From: an uncultured bacterium
GTDB lineage: Bacteria; Chlamydiota; Chlamydiia; Chlamydiales; SM23-39
Assembly (NCBI GenBank): GCA_963716985.1
Contig: OY970323.1
Location: forward strand, 1,120,001 to 1,184,000
Length of the DNA stretch: 64,000 nt
Reading direction: 5' to 3'
Below, piece after piece: positions 40,962 to 51,171 of the stretch. A program made the translations under genes and the position numbers. Within the stretch, counting starts at the first letter, position 1; every line of letters begins with the position of its first letter. Under the pieces are notes generated by a model. It ran no database searches. It saw only the letters and a program-made list of their open reading frames with translations, and had not been told where the DNA came from.

Positions 40962-42884
40962 ATGTCGCATGCAATTAAGAACATGATGGAGAAAGAGAAG
41001 AAGAATAAATCTAAAGAGAAGAGTAGTCTGCGGACCTTGGGTCCGATTCCAGATTTGGAAAAACATCTCCCTGCCGATTGGTGGAAAACTCTGTTCAATT
41101 CCATTTATCTGAAGACAGATGCAGATGTCGTTGAAAATGCGGATAATACAAGCCGAGAAGTGGATCTGATCGCTCAGGTGACAAAGATCGAGCCGCAAGA
41201 TAGGATTTTGGATCTTTGCTGTGGCCAGGGCCGGCATTGTTTGGAACTTGCCAAGAGGGGGTTTCAGCATGTCTTTGGAATCGATCGATCACGCTACCTC
41301 ATCCGTCTCGCAAGAAAGCGCGCTTTTATGTCGGGATCTCAAATCAATTTTTCCGAAGGAGATGCGAGAAAGATCAAGCTTGCGGATCATTCTTTGGACG
41401 TCGTTCTTTTGATGGGAAATTCCTTTGGATATTTTGAAAAGGATGAGGACGATCGCGCTGTTTTGACAGAGATCAAACGAATATTGCGCTCTCGAGGATC
41501 GCTTGTGTTGGACATTGTCAATGGAAAATGGATGTCGGAACATTTCGAGCCGAGATCTTGGGAGTGGATTGATCAAAGATACCTCGTTTGCCGCGAAAGA
41601 AGCCTTTCTTCCTGCGGAAGCCGCATCATTACGAGGGAAGTAGTGATCCATGCGGAAAAAGGAATCATTGCAGACCAATTTTATGCGGAGAGGCTCTATA
41701 CGCAAGAGGGGATTGCTGCCATATTGGAAAAACTTGGATTTGAAAACGTGCAGCATCATTGCAATCTTTTTTCCTTATCTTCGCGCAACCAAGATTTAGG
41801 AATGATGGCCAATCGCCTTTTCATTACGGCCATTGCTCCGGAAAAAGCAGTATTAAAACCATCGAAAAACGTATTGAAGGCCGCCGTCATTATGGGGGAT
41901 CCGAAAATTCCCGACTCGGTCAAACGGGAAGGGCATTTCAACCCGGAAGATTTAGACACGATCAGCAAATTAAAAACGACGCTGGCGGGTTTGCAGGATT
42001 ATCAGTTTCAGTTCTTGGACAATCACATGAGCTTGATCAAGCAGTTGATCCACCATCCTCCCGCTTTTGTTTTCAATTTGTGCGATGAGGGGTACAAAAA
42101 TGATGCCTTTAAGGAACTCCATGTCCCGGCTCTTTTGGAAATGCTTTCCATTCCCTATACGGGCGCGGGTCCTGCATGCCTTGCCATATGCTACAACAAG
42201 GCGCTCGTTCGTTCATTGGCGTCTTCGCTTGAGATTCCGGTCCCTTTAGAAACCTATGTGGATCCCTCCGATCAAGCGGCGAACCTTCCTTCGATTTTTC
42301 CGGCCCTTCTCAAGCCAAATTATGGGGATAGCTCGATTGGGATTACCAAAGACGCCGTTGTTCATTCCGCAGAGGAGCTCATTTGTTACTCCGATAAGAT
42401 GAAACAGCTTTTTCCCGGCCGCCCTTTTTTGGTTCAGGAATATTTAAGCGGTAGAGAATTTAGCGTAAGTGTGATCGGCAATCCCGGCAACTTTGAAATC
42501 CTGCCGATACTCGAAGTGGATTTTAGCCGTTTGCCCAAGAATCTGCCCCAAATTCTTTCCTACGAATCAAAGTGGCTGCCGGATTCGCCTTATTGGACGG
42601 ATATCCGCTATAAAGCAGCGGATCTCAATGACGAGATGTCTCGTCAACTCGTCGATTATTCGACGCAGCTTTTTGAAAGGCTCGAGTGCCGCGACTATGC
42701 ACGCTTTGATTTTCGAGAGGATCGTCAAGGGGTGATCAAGCTTTTAGAGGTCAATCCCAATCCCGGATGGTGTTGGGATGGCAAGTTGAATATCATGGCA
42801 GGCTTCCGCGGTATCAAATATGAAGATCTCTTAGAGATGATTCTCACGGCCGCAAGAGAGAGGCTTGGAATGAAAAATTCTTAA
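40962..42884 (+). CDS. Class I SAM methyltransferase fused to a D-Ala-D-Ala-ligase-like ATP-grasp domain
   Basis: LDLCCGQGRH and NSFGYF in the N-terminal half; FNLCDEG, IPYTG, DSSIGI, QEYLSGREF, DYARFDFR, LEVNPNPG in the C-terminal half. Confidence 0.85.
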   Translation: MSHAIKNMMEKEKKNKSKEKSSLRTLGPIPDLEKHLPADWWKTLFNSIYLKTDADVVENADNTSREVDLIAQVTKIEPQDRILDLCCGQGRHCLELAKRGFQHVFGIDRSRYLIRLARKRAFMSGSQINFSEGDARKIKLADHSLDVVLLMGNSFGYFEKDEDDRAVLTEIKRILRSRGSLVLDIVNGKWMSEHFEPRSWEWIDQRYLVCRERSLSSCGSRIITREVVIHAEKGIIADQFYAERLYTQEGIAAILEKLGFENVQHHCNLFSLSSRNQDLGMMANRLFITAIAPEKAVLKPSKNVLKAAVIMGDPKIPDSVKREGHFNPEDLDTISKLKTTLAGLQDYQFQFLDNHMSLIKQLIHHPPAFVFNLCDEGYKNDAFKELHVPALLEMLSIPYTGAGPACLAICYNKALVRSLASSLEIPVPLETYVDPSDQAANLPSIFPALLKPNYGDSSIGITKDAVVHSAEELICYSDKMKQLFPGRPFLVQEYLSGREFSVSVIGNPGNFEILPILEVDFSRLPKNLPQILSYESKWLPDSPYWTDIRYKAADLNDEMSRQLVDYSTQLFERLECRDYARFDFREDRQGVIKLLEVNPNPGWCWDGKLNIMAGFRGIKYEDLLEMILTAARERLGMKNS

Positions 42885-43732
42885 AAAGAGTTTTCAAGAG
42901 ATCCTAAAAAACTCAAGAGAAGATCTGCTTTTTGCCCTGCAAGGAGCAGATCTTTTGCGTCTATTAAAAGATCGATGGCCATCTGTTTTGCCTCTTTCTT
43001 CCCTAATTGGGAAATCAAAGAGGCCTTTTCCAGGATTTGGTCCGACCCGTTTTCTTGAACGGAGTCGGAAATGTCATCGATGATTTGATATGCAAGGCCG
43101 ATTTTTTCTCCAAAAGAGATTAGTGATTTTTTTTGATGCAGGGGAATGTGGCAAAGAATGGCGCCGAATTCCATCGCCGCCATGAATAAATAGGCCGTTT
43201 TCTTTTCCTGCATTTTTTTCAATTTTCCCAAAGGGACCTTCTTCCCCTGAAACATCAAATCATCGACCTGCCCCGCAATCATCCCCTCTCCGCCGCTTCG
43301 AGAGGATAGGCAAAAGAGCAGATCTGTTTTTTCTTCGCAGGAGAGGTTTGCATCTGCAGATAGGGACTGTAGGGCATGGGTGAGTAAAAAATCTCCGGTC
43401 AGAAGCGCAAGCCATTCGGGAAATGCTTTGTGAAGCGATTGTCTGCCTCGTCGAAAATCATCATTATCCATGCAGGGAAGATCATCGTGAATGAGGGAAT
43501 AGGTATGGACCATCTCAAGACAGACCGCGGGCAGATAGGCTTTTTTTAGTGATTGGGGACAAAAGCTTGCCACTGCGGCTAGCGTCAAAAGAGGGCGAAG
43601 CCTTTTCCCTCCCTCTAATGCATAGAGAGAGGCCCTACGAAGCTCTTCGCTTTCTATAGGATCAATAAGCTCTTGTAGCGTCTTGTCAATTAGAGGGATC
43701 ATTTCTTTTGCAAAACGCTCGAACAGGATCAT
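42881..43732 (-). CDS. ispA: Polyprenyl (farnesyl) diphosphate synthase
   Basis: GGKRLRP, SLIHDDLPCMDNDDFRRG, KTA, YQIIDD. Confidence 0.92.
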   Translation of the reverse strand: MILFERFAKEMIPLIDKTLQELIDPIESEELRRASLYALEGGKRLRPLLTLAAVASFCPQSLKKAYLPAVCLEMVHTYSLIHDDLPCMDNDDFRRGRQSLHKAFPEWLALLTGDFLLTHALQSLSADANLSCEEKTDLLFCLSSRSGGEGMIAGQVDDLMFQGKKVPLGKLKKMQEKKTAYLFMAAMEFGAILCHIPLHQKKSLISFGEKIGLAYQIIDDISDSVQENGSDQILEKASLISQLGKKEAKQMAIDLLIDAKDLLLAGQKADLLLSFLGSLENSF

Positions 43733-45093
43733 TTTTTTTGGCTCGCGGGCTGATTTTGAATCAAATCGGGCATTCCGATTCCAATATAATCAAACCCCTT
43801 TTCATGCATTTCGAGGGGTTTGTATTGGTTTCGTCCGTCAAAGAAAACAGATCCTTTCATTTCCTTGAGTATGGGAGAAAAATCGATATGGCGGAACTGC
43901 TTCCATTCGGTGATGAGTGCAATGCCATGAGCGCCTTTTGCCGCATCAAATTCATCCTTGCAAAAAACAATGTTCTTTTGGTTTTTGAGAAGATCTTTGG
44001 CCTTGGCCATGGAAACCGGATCAAAGAGGCGTAAGATGGCTCCCTCTTTTTGGAGATGCTTGATCAAGGTAAGGGAGGGCGCTTCTCTCATGTCGTCGGT
44101 ATCGGGCTTAAAAGCAAGCCCCCAAAGAGCGATCACCTTGCCTTTGAGCCCTCCCATTGGAGAAAAATAATGTTTCATTTTTTCGAAGAGCCGTTTTTTT
44201 TGCTGATTGTTGATGGTTTCAACCGCGTCCAGTAATAAGGGCTCGCATCCTGCCTGCCTTGCGGTAGAAGCAAGAGCTCGTACATCCTTCGGAAAGCAGG
44301 ACCCGCCATAACCAATGCCTGCATAGAGAAAGCTATAGCCAATGCGGCTGTCCGACCCAATTCCCTTTCGAACTTCATTGATGTTTGCTCCGACTTTTTT
44401 ACAGATTTCTGCGATTTCATTCATGAAGGAGATGCGCGTGGCGAGCATTGCATTGGCTGCATATTTGGTCATCTCGGCAGAAGCCAGGTCCATCTCTAAA
44501 ATCTTGTCGTGGTTGAGGATAAAAGGAGCATAGACCTCTCGCATTAGGCGGACGGCCTTTGGCGAGATGCTTCCGATCACGATGCGATCGGGCTTCATGC
44601 AGTCGCTAATGGCGCATCCTTCTTTCAGGAATTCCGGATTGGATACAACGTCGAAAGGGATGTGGACACCTCTTTCTTTCAATTTGCTTTCGATGATCTT
44701 TTTGACGTGCTCGGCGGTTCCGACGGGAACGGTGGATTTATTGACGATGACCCGATAATCGCTCATGTGCTGGGCAATGGACTTGGCCGCCTTTTCTACA
44801 AAGGAGATGTCGCAGGATCCATCTTCTGAAGAGGGCGAAGGGACGGCAAGAAAACAGACGAGAGATGTTGCAACAGATTTTGCATAGTCCGTGGTAAAAA
44901 AAAGCCGTTTTCCTTTGATATTATGAATGATCAGCTCTTCGAGGCCCGGTTCATATATGGGAGATTTTCCCTTCTTGAGATCCTCGATTTTGGCTTTGTC
45001 GATATCAAGACAGGTGACAATATGGCCCATTTCGGCAAGACACGCGCCCGTAACAAGTCCCACATATCCGCTCCCAACAATCAATATTCTCAT
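43729..45093 (-). CDS. ugd: UDP-glucose 6-dehydrogenase
   Basis: GSGYVGL, SNPEFLKEG, YGGSCFPKD, AFKPDTDDMRE. Confidence 0.95.
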   Translation of the reverse strand: MRILIVGSGYVGLVTGACLAEMGHIVTCLDIDKAKIEDLKKGKSPIYEPGLEELIIHNIKGKRLFFTTDYAKSVATSLVCFLAVPSPSSEDGSCDISFVEKAAKSIAQHMSDYRVIVNKSTVPVGTAEHVKKIIESKLKERGVHIPFDVVSNPEFLKEGCAISDCMKPDRIVIGSISPKAVRLMREVYAPFILNHDKILEMDLASAEMTKYAANAMLATRISFMNEIAEICKKVGANINEVRKGIGSDSRIGYSFLYAGIGYGGSCFPKDVRALASTARQAGCEPLLLDAVETINNQQKKRLFEKMKHYFSPMGGLKGKVIALWGLAFKPDTDDMREAPSLTLIKHLQKEGAILRLFDPVSMAKAKDLLKNQKNIVFCKDEFDAAKGAHGIALITEWKQFRHIDFSPILKEMKGSVFFDGRNQYKPLEMHEKGFDYIGIGMPDLIQNQPASQKK

Positions 45094-45252
45094 AAGATCT
45101 CCTTAGCTCAAACCAATATTCCTATCAGAAAGAAAGATTCTATTCCAGTTTAAGAAGAACTTGTGTTGTACGACTCCGAGAAGTGAATAAGAAAGGAGAA
45201 AAAAGGCAGGATTTGGTAGGATTTCTGGCTAAAATAGAAAAAGGAATTTTTT

Positions 45253-45822
45253 ATGGCTTCAGAGTGCTCTCCTATCGATGCTTCTCAAAAACAAACGCAT
45301 GCATCGGATGCTCGCATCCCTACATACACGGACCTCTGCAGAAAGGTTTGCTTTCTTTTGGCCGATACAGCGCTTATTTTCTCGACGGGATATGTGGCGG
45401 GAGCTCTTTCTAGGAATGCGGTTTTTTCTTTTTTCGATGGAGGACTGCCGGGTTTTGCCATGAGGGCTGCAGCGATCGGAGCCGGTTCATTTGCGGGTTT
45501 TTGTGCGGGCCTTCTTATTAAGAATGGTCTGTTGGACTCGATTGTCAAGACTGCGGCGCTTCCGCTTTTTGCTTTCAAGAGTTTGGGAAATCATGGGTTT
45601 TGGATGGGATCCGTCTATACGATTGTGGCAATTTGCCTGGCGACGGGAGAGGGACTTTTAGGTGGAGTTGCCGGCGGTCTTGGTGCAGGGATCAATCCAA
45701 CCGACCCCAAGGCTCAGCTCTTCTGGAAATGTTCTCTGGTCTCGGCAATTGCGATCAGTTCGATTGCGTCGATTCAGATTCTTTGCAAGTCGAAAAACCG
45801 ATCGCAGAAGAAAGAAGCTTAA
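45253..45822 (+). CDS. Hypothetical Gly-rich membrane protein
   Basis: AAGGA RBS; 4-5 hydrophobic segments. Confidence 0.65.
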   Translation: MASECSPIDASQKQTHASDARIPTYTDLCRKVCFLLADTALIFSTGYVAGALSRNAVFSFFDGGLPGFAMRAAAIGAGSFAGFCAGLLIKNGLLDSIVKTAALPLFAFKSLGNHGFWMGSVYTIVAICLATGEGLLGGVAGGLGAGINPTDPKAQLFWKCSLVSAIAISSIASIQILCKSKNRSQKKEA

Positions 45823-45857
45823 AACCTCCTCAAATGTGCGACATCCGAATTTTGTTT

Positions 45858-46119
45858 TCATGTGCAGACTATCGTCATCAACCTTTCAATAAAACGCATT
45901 CCCCATTCAGACCGGCTCCCCATTGAAATTTTTCTAAGGATCACTGCAGGGCGAAGATTTCTTTCCGCTAGGTAGCCTCGCGTAAAAAAAGGTCCAAAGT
46001 GCCGGAAAGCGATCCAAAATATCATAACGATATGCTTTTACATCCTTTGCACATTGCCAAAGTCGCTCTTTATTCAGAACATGGGTCTTAAGAAAGATGC
46101 TATGGAGTATCTCTTTCAC
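45858..46119 (-). pseudogene. Decayed IS66-family transposase C-terminal fragment
   Basis: ILDRFPALWTF, then in a shifted frame LAERNLRPAVILRKISMGSRSEWGMRFIERLMTIVCT*. Confidence 0.75.
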
Positions 46120-46217
46120 GCAACTTCACATTGGTTAACTGGTTCGAGTAAAAAAAATTATTGATAAAATGCACGATACAAGCTCATAATCAACCTCTTA
46201 AAATTGAGGAGGTTGTT

Positions 46218-49200
46218 ATGACTTCAAAAACAGGAGAGAGCAGCGGACAGAAAGTACCTGACCGAGAACTGACGCAGGATGATAGAGGAAGATTTTCTGT
46301 CATTCAAAAGCAGCTTGACTTCAGGGGGTCGGACGGGTTGCCAGTGGAATTAAAAGCGGGCCAAATTGCTAAAGAATATATAGAACCATATGGAAATGCT
46401 TATGATTTAGCCGAAGAATATTTAAGAGACAAGAGGGGTGGTGGCCCTAGATACCATGCCTTAGATCTTTCAAAGCTCGAGCATCAAAGAATTTTAGACT
46501 TGGCACTTGTGATTCAAGATGCAGAGGGGCGCAAAGAACGAATACGTACATTCCCCAAGGAAGATCAGAAAGAATTAAGCAGAATGGAGTTGTGCAGATT
46601 GAGCGTTAACAGAGAGATTATGAATAAAATGACATTGATAGAAAAATTTGGGGATTCTATTACATCATTTTTGGGAACATTGGTTGGTGTAACGCATTCT
46701 GAACTTAAGCCTGTCGCATCGATAACACTAGGATCTGGTAAATTTCTAAAAACAGTTTGTGCTCACGAAGAGGCTATTGAAAGTGCAGAATTCAAGCCCG
46801 AGCTTTTCCCAGCTTTATTAACAACAACGGAAGATGCGGAGGGTATGGTCCGGGATGCGGAAGCTCATGGCGAATTGACAGCTGTCCCACTCGAAAAGAT
46901 TAACCAGGTACTCCAAAGGATAGGACTCGAGACTGTCACTACACAAGTGACCAGCCTGGACGAATCAATAGGAAGGACAGCAAGCGATGTAATCAAAAAA
47001 CTGGGGGAAATGTCTGAAATTTTAGCCACGATACCTGAACAGCAAATAGCCGAGCCACAGCGAATAGCCAAGTTACAGCAAATAACCGAGTCGCTTCACC
47101 AAAGAGATGCTGAGGTAGAGGGAATGTGTCGCAATATGCAACACCTCACTACTGTTTTCGCCACTACTGCAGGTTGCATATTCAAAAACAGAAAAGTAGC
47201 TTCTACGATAGGGATAATGGGGCCTGCTATAATCGAAGGCATAAAAATTCACCACTTTGTTTCAGAGGCGCCTTTTTTAAGTAAGGCTGCCCTTGCTGCT
47301 TATGGCGATCCGATACTTGCGGGTTGTGCTCTTGCAGTTTCTGTATTTAGCTCATTTCGAGGCCAAAAGGATGAAGAAAAGCGAGCCAAAATGATGCAGA
47401 AGAATTTTACTATTGTGATGAAGGGATTGCAAAAATTAAATGAAACCGTGGTAGCGGGATTCAATGGTTTGACGGGACAGATGCAGCAGCAATCGCGGAT
47501 GATTCGTAAAGGATTTGAGCAGCAGATGCGTCTTGTGTGTCGACTTGGGGAGCAGGTAGATCATCTCGGTTGGCAAATCAATCAAAAACTCGATTGGATG
47601 CAAAACTTTTTGGAATTTGGATTTGGACAGCTCCACCATGATAATGTCCTCATGTTTCGAAAACTTTGCGAAGTGGATCAACTACTAAAAACATTTCAGC
47701 AAGAGCAAAATGTTCATAATTATACCGTTATGGAAACTTTGCGCAAAGAAAGCAGAAGCAAATGCTATCAACAAACATTGCAGGCCTGGCATGAACTTGA
47801 GACTCGGTTTGTACATTGTGAGGAAGGAATTCAGTACTTGCATGATATTTGCTCGAAAAGAATTTCCGTTTCCGATCACGAGCTTCAGAAGACAGTATGG
47901 ATGTTGTGGCGGGAAATGAGAGATTTGCTATTGGAGAAGACTTATTTAGACAGTGTAAATGGTGCTTACTATTTGCATGAGGGGGTTTCTTCAGTTTTGG
48001 CTGACCAAATTTATATGGCATTACCCGGTAAAATTGAGAATGCAAATTTCTATGTAAAGTTTTTTTCACGTGCTTGGGATGGGGAGATTGTGAATAGGGT
48101 CGTTTGGGAAAGGATGGCCTGTTTATTTTCTTCCTTTTTTTGGACTTTAAATAAGAGCGATTCTGTAGCTGTTAAAAGCTTTGTAAGCGAAAAAGAGGTT
48201 CAAAGATCGCTAAAAGAGATAGAGAAGCTGGCAAGGAGGGAACAAGGACTTACTTGTTTTTTGATACAAACCATTCCGGACCTTCGAAAAAAATATATAG
48301 ACAGTCTCCACGCTGTGGGCGCTGCTGTTCAAGAATTGTGTCGTCGGAAAATCTCTATCGATGATGGAGAAATAAAACAGAGAGAAATCGATCGATTGGA
48401 GGGAGAAAAAATACAGGTCTTGCGTGAAGGTTTTGCTTTGACTCCCGAGCAGGAAAAAATCCGGCAAGACTTTCAAGAAGCCCAACGACCTTCGGATAGG
48501 AAGTTTAAAAAATATGAAGCTGCTGAAGATCATTGGAAAAAGAAACACAAAAGCAGAGTTGATGAAGCGCCGGATCATGCGGCAAGAAAGGTTCACCAAG
48601 TTGCTCAATATTTTCAGTTGAGTCGGAAGAAAGGAGAGCTGGACGCAGAGATACCGCGTTTGCGCGCCGAAGCAGAAGCCAGAAAACAAGGAAAAATAAG
48701 CGACTTTGAGAAAAAGATTAAGTTTTTACGGGAAGGGCCTTCTCCTACACCAGGGGATTGGCAAACAGACCTGGAGCAACAAAAACTTTTGAGGTTCTTG
48801 GTGGAAAATGCACATAACACTTCTGGAGACTTGTACCAACGATTAGTGGCTCTTGAAGAGAGTTATTGCATATTGAGCGCTACGGTTATTTATTGTTTTC
48901 AAGATGCGGTGCAGGGATTTTCCGGACTCTCGCCACAAGAGCACGAATCGATATTTGGATTTTTGAATCGCGAAGGTTTAATCACAACTCGGTTGGGATT
49001 TTTTGACAGGTTGCTTTCTAACCGTGACAATTTTAATCGCGATGAATTTCTTGCATCTATGGAGTCTACTTCTACTTTTGTGGAGAGTTCCATTGACCGC
49101 ATGTTTGGAGCTTTGATAGCCAAGAAATTACCTCTAGGGTCTCAGCGTGTTGAGACTCGGTTGCAAGATTTTTGTAAGATCGAGAAAAACGAAAAATTCT

Positions 49201-49826
49201 TGACAGACCACCTGGAACCCAACCTTGATAGCATTTTTGATAAATATTACTCCGATGAAGATGTTTACGCATTATTGCAATCGTATGTGGGAGAGGGCCG
49301 CGTTGTGAGGCCCTTGCCAGTAAGCGGCTCAATTATTGAAGATCGAGTATTGGATGCTCGTTTGATAGAATATTTTTTTGACTCTGCGAAGCAAGCAACA
49401 GATCTTCTTGTTTTCGTGCCCCTCAATGTGCACAACCATTGGGTCTTGGCAGTGATTCAGCATTTCTCAGACGATAATCATACCGTGTTAACTTATTACG
49501 ATTCCATGAGCGAAGGCGGAGAGATGCCAAAAGATATGAAAGAGGCTTTCCAAAGATTGTTTGAGAACCTGACCTGGCCTTTTACTTGTGGTAGTTATCC
49601 GACAAGGACTCAGTATGATGGATACAATTGTGGTCCTTGGATTGTGGAGTATGCCAGAAGCTTTGGATCTCGTTCGCACACATTTCCTCCGGGGAATATT
49701 GAAGAGATGAGAAAAGAGCACCAAGAACGTTTGGAAGAGAGTCGTGCGTCCCAAAAACGAAAAGCTCCGGATCAAGCGGCTTCCGAAAAAGACTCTGCGC
49801 CGGCGGCGAAACGACAGCAACCTTAA
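46218..49826 (+). CDS. Large coiled-coil protein with C-terminal Ulp1-like (C48/CE clan) cysteine protease domain
   Basis: GAGGAGG RBS before ATG 46218; FVPLNVHNHWVL, YYDSM, QYDGYNCGPWI catalytic motifs; basic tail KRKAP..PAAKRQQP. Confidence 0.85.
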   Translation: MTSKTGESSGQKVPDRELTQDDRGRFSVIQKQLDFRGSDGLPVELKAGQIAKEYIEPYGNAYDLAEEYLRDKRGGGPRYHALDLSKLEHQRILDLALVIQDAEGRKERIRTFPKEDQKELSRMELCRLSVNREIMNKMTLIEKFGDSITSFLGTLVGVTHSELKPVASITLGSGKFLKTVCAHEEAIESAEFKPELFPALLTTTEDAEGMVRDAEAHGELTAVPLEKINQVLQRIGLETVTTQVTSLDESIGRTASDVIKKLGEMSEILATIPEQQIAEPQRIAKLQQITESLHQRDAEVEGMCRNMQHLTTVFATTAGCIFKNRKVASTIGIMGPAIIEGIKIHHFVSEAPFLSKAALAAYGDPILAGCALAVSVFSSFRGQKDEEKRAKMMQKNFTIVMKGLQKLNETVVAGFNGLTGQMQQQSRMIRKGFEQQMRLVCRLGEQVDHLGWQINQKLDWMQNFLEFGFGQLHHDNVLMFRKLCEVDQLLKTFQQEQNVHNYTVMETLRKESRSKCYQQTLQAWHELETRFVHCEEGIQYLHDICSKRISVSDHELQKTVWMLWREMRDLLLEKTYLDSVNGAYYLHEGVSSVLADQIYMALPGKIENANFYVKFFSRAWDGEIVNRVVWERMACLFSSFFWTLNKSDSVAVKSFVSEKEVQRSLKEIEKLARREQGLTCFLIQTIPDLRKKYIDSLHAVGAAVQELCRRKISIDDGEIKQREIDRLEGEKIQVLREGFALTPEQEKIRQDFQEAQRPSDRKFKKYEAAEDHWKKKHKSRVDEAPDHAARKVHQVAQYFQLSRKKGELDAEIPRLRAEAEARKQGKISDFEKKIKFLREGPSPTPGDWQTDLEQQKLLRFLVENAHNTSGDLYQRLVALEESYCILSATVIYCFQDAVQGFSGLSPQEHESIFGFLNREGLITTRLGFFDRLLSNRDNFNRDEFLASMESTSTFVESSIDRMFGALIAKKLPLGSQRVETRLQDFCKIEKNEKFLTDHLEPNLDSIFDKYYSDEDVYALLQSYVGEGRVVRPLPVSGSIIEDRVLDARLIEYFFDSAKQATDLLVFVPLNVHNHWVLAVIQHFSDDNHTVLTYYDSMSEGGEMPKDMKEAFQRLFENLTWPFTCGSYPTRTQYDGYNCGPWIVEYARSFGSRSHTFPPGNIEEMRKEHQERLEESRASQKRKAPDQAASEKDSAPAAKRQQP

Positions 49827-49924
49827 ATCGATGCTCAAGAGGTGAGAAGTTTCTCCAGAGAAATGGATTTGGCAAAGGCGCGGGGTGTGTTTTTTCAAAA
49901 AACTTTAACCTGCAAGTGAACACT

Positions 49925-50488
49925 ATGACCATAGAAACACATGAGGGCGCATCGAATCTGGTCGATGTGCAAACGATCGATGCAAATATCCACGTGGAGC
50001 TCAAATATGCCACGAAGGATAATTTTACAGGCCAAGTGATCTATACCTTCGATCGCTGTTTTTTGCAAAGAGAGGCAGCTGTTGCATTAAGCGGTGCGCA
50101 AAAGCGGCTGGAAGCCTTGGGACTTGGGCTCAAAGTATGGGATGGCTTTCGGCCGATCTGGGCACAGAGAAAGCTTTGGGAGGCGTGCCCGGATGATCGG
50201 TTCGTAAGCCCGCCGTATAAGGGAAGTCACCATTCGCGCGGGACGGCCGTTGATGTGACCCTTGTCACAAAAGAGGGAGTCGATCTTCTCATGCCCTCCG
50301 GATTTGATGATTTTAGCGAAAAAGCTTCTTTGCGTTATCAAAAGGCTTCAGCCGCTGCCTTGAGGAATAGAGATCTTTTGCAAAGCGTGATGAAAGAGGC
50401 CGGCTTTTTGAGTTATGATCTGGAATGGTGGCACTTTAATTTTAAGGACTGGGAGAAATTCTCTCCGATTGAGGAAGAGGTTTTTTGA
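49925..50488 (+). CDS. ddpX: D-Ala-D-Ala dipeptidase (VanX/DdpX, M15D)
   Basis: YATKDNFTG, WDGFRP, SHHSRGTAVDVT, EWWHF. Confidence 0.92.
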   Translation: MTIETHEGASNLVDVQTIDANIHVELKYATKDNFTGQVIYTFDRCFLQREAAVALSGAQKRLEALGLGLKVWDGFRPIWAQRKLWEACPDDRFVSPPYKGSHHSRGTAVDVTLVTKEGVDLLMPSGFDDFSEKASLRYQKASAAALRNRDLLQSVMKEAGFLSYDLEWWHFNFKDWEKFSPIEEEVF

Positions 50489-50490
50489 TT

Positions 50491-51171
50491 CTATTTTTTG
50501 AGCGGGGTCAAAATGCCGCCTTTTAAAAGGAAAATCTCGTCGCAAAGATGGGCCAGTTCGTCATCATGCGTCACAACAATCAGCCCTTTTTTCATCTTTT
50601 TTACAAGCTCCATCAAGATGGAATGGATAATCATGGAATTTTCATGATCCAAATTACCCGACGGCTCGTCTGCTAAAATGATATCGGGGTCGTTAAAAAG
50701 AGCGCGGGCGATCGCAATCCGCTGCTTTTCTCCGCCGGAGAGGAGCTTCGCGGGATAGTGGGCTCTTGATTTCATATCGACCACTTCCAGAAGTTCTTCG
50801 GCTTGTTGATAGGCAGCGCTTTTTTTCGAAACGCTTTTACGTCCGATGCGGGCGGGCATGAGGATGTTTTCGATTGCGGTAAAATCCTCCAAGAGGCTGA
50901 ATGCTTGAAAGATAAAGCCAATATGTTGATGGCGGATTCGGTGGGCATGTTTTTTTCGCACCCCCTCGCCGCAGATGGCAAGCGCGCCTGAGTCTGCCTG
51001 TTCGATCGTCCCTAAAATATGCAGCAAAGTGGTCTTCCCTTCGCCGGACGCGCCCATGATGGCCATCGATTTTTCCGGAAGAAGATCAAGAGAAATGCCT
51101 TTTAGCAGTTCTACTTTGGAAGGGTGGCGGAATGTTTTCCGTATGTCTTTTGCGCTGATCAAGGATGTCAT
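50491..51171 (-). CDS. lolD: Lipoprotein-releasing ABC ATPase
   Basis: [25 protein letters not shown]; downstream of lolC/E. Confidence 0.85.
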   Translation of the reverse strand: MTSLISAKDIRKTFRHPSKVELLKGISLDLLPEKSMAIMGASGEGKTTLLHILGTIEQADSGALAICGEGVRKKHAHRIRHQHIGFIFQAFSLLEDFTAIENILMPARIGRKSVSKKSAAYQQAEELLEVVDMKSRAHYPAKLLSGGEKQRIAIARALFNDPDIILADEPSGNLDHENSMIIHSILMELVKKMKKGLIVVTHDDELAHLCDEIFLLKGGILTPLKK

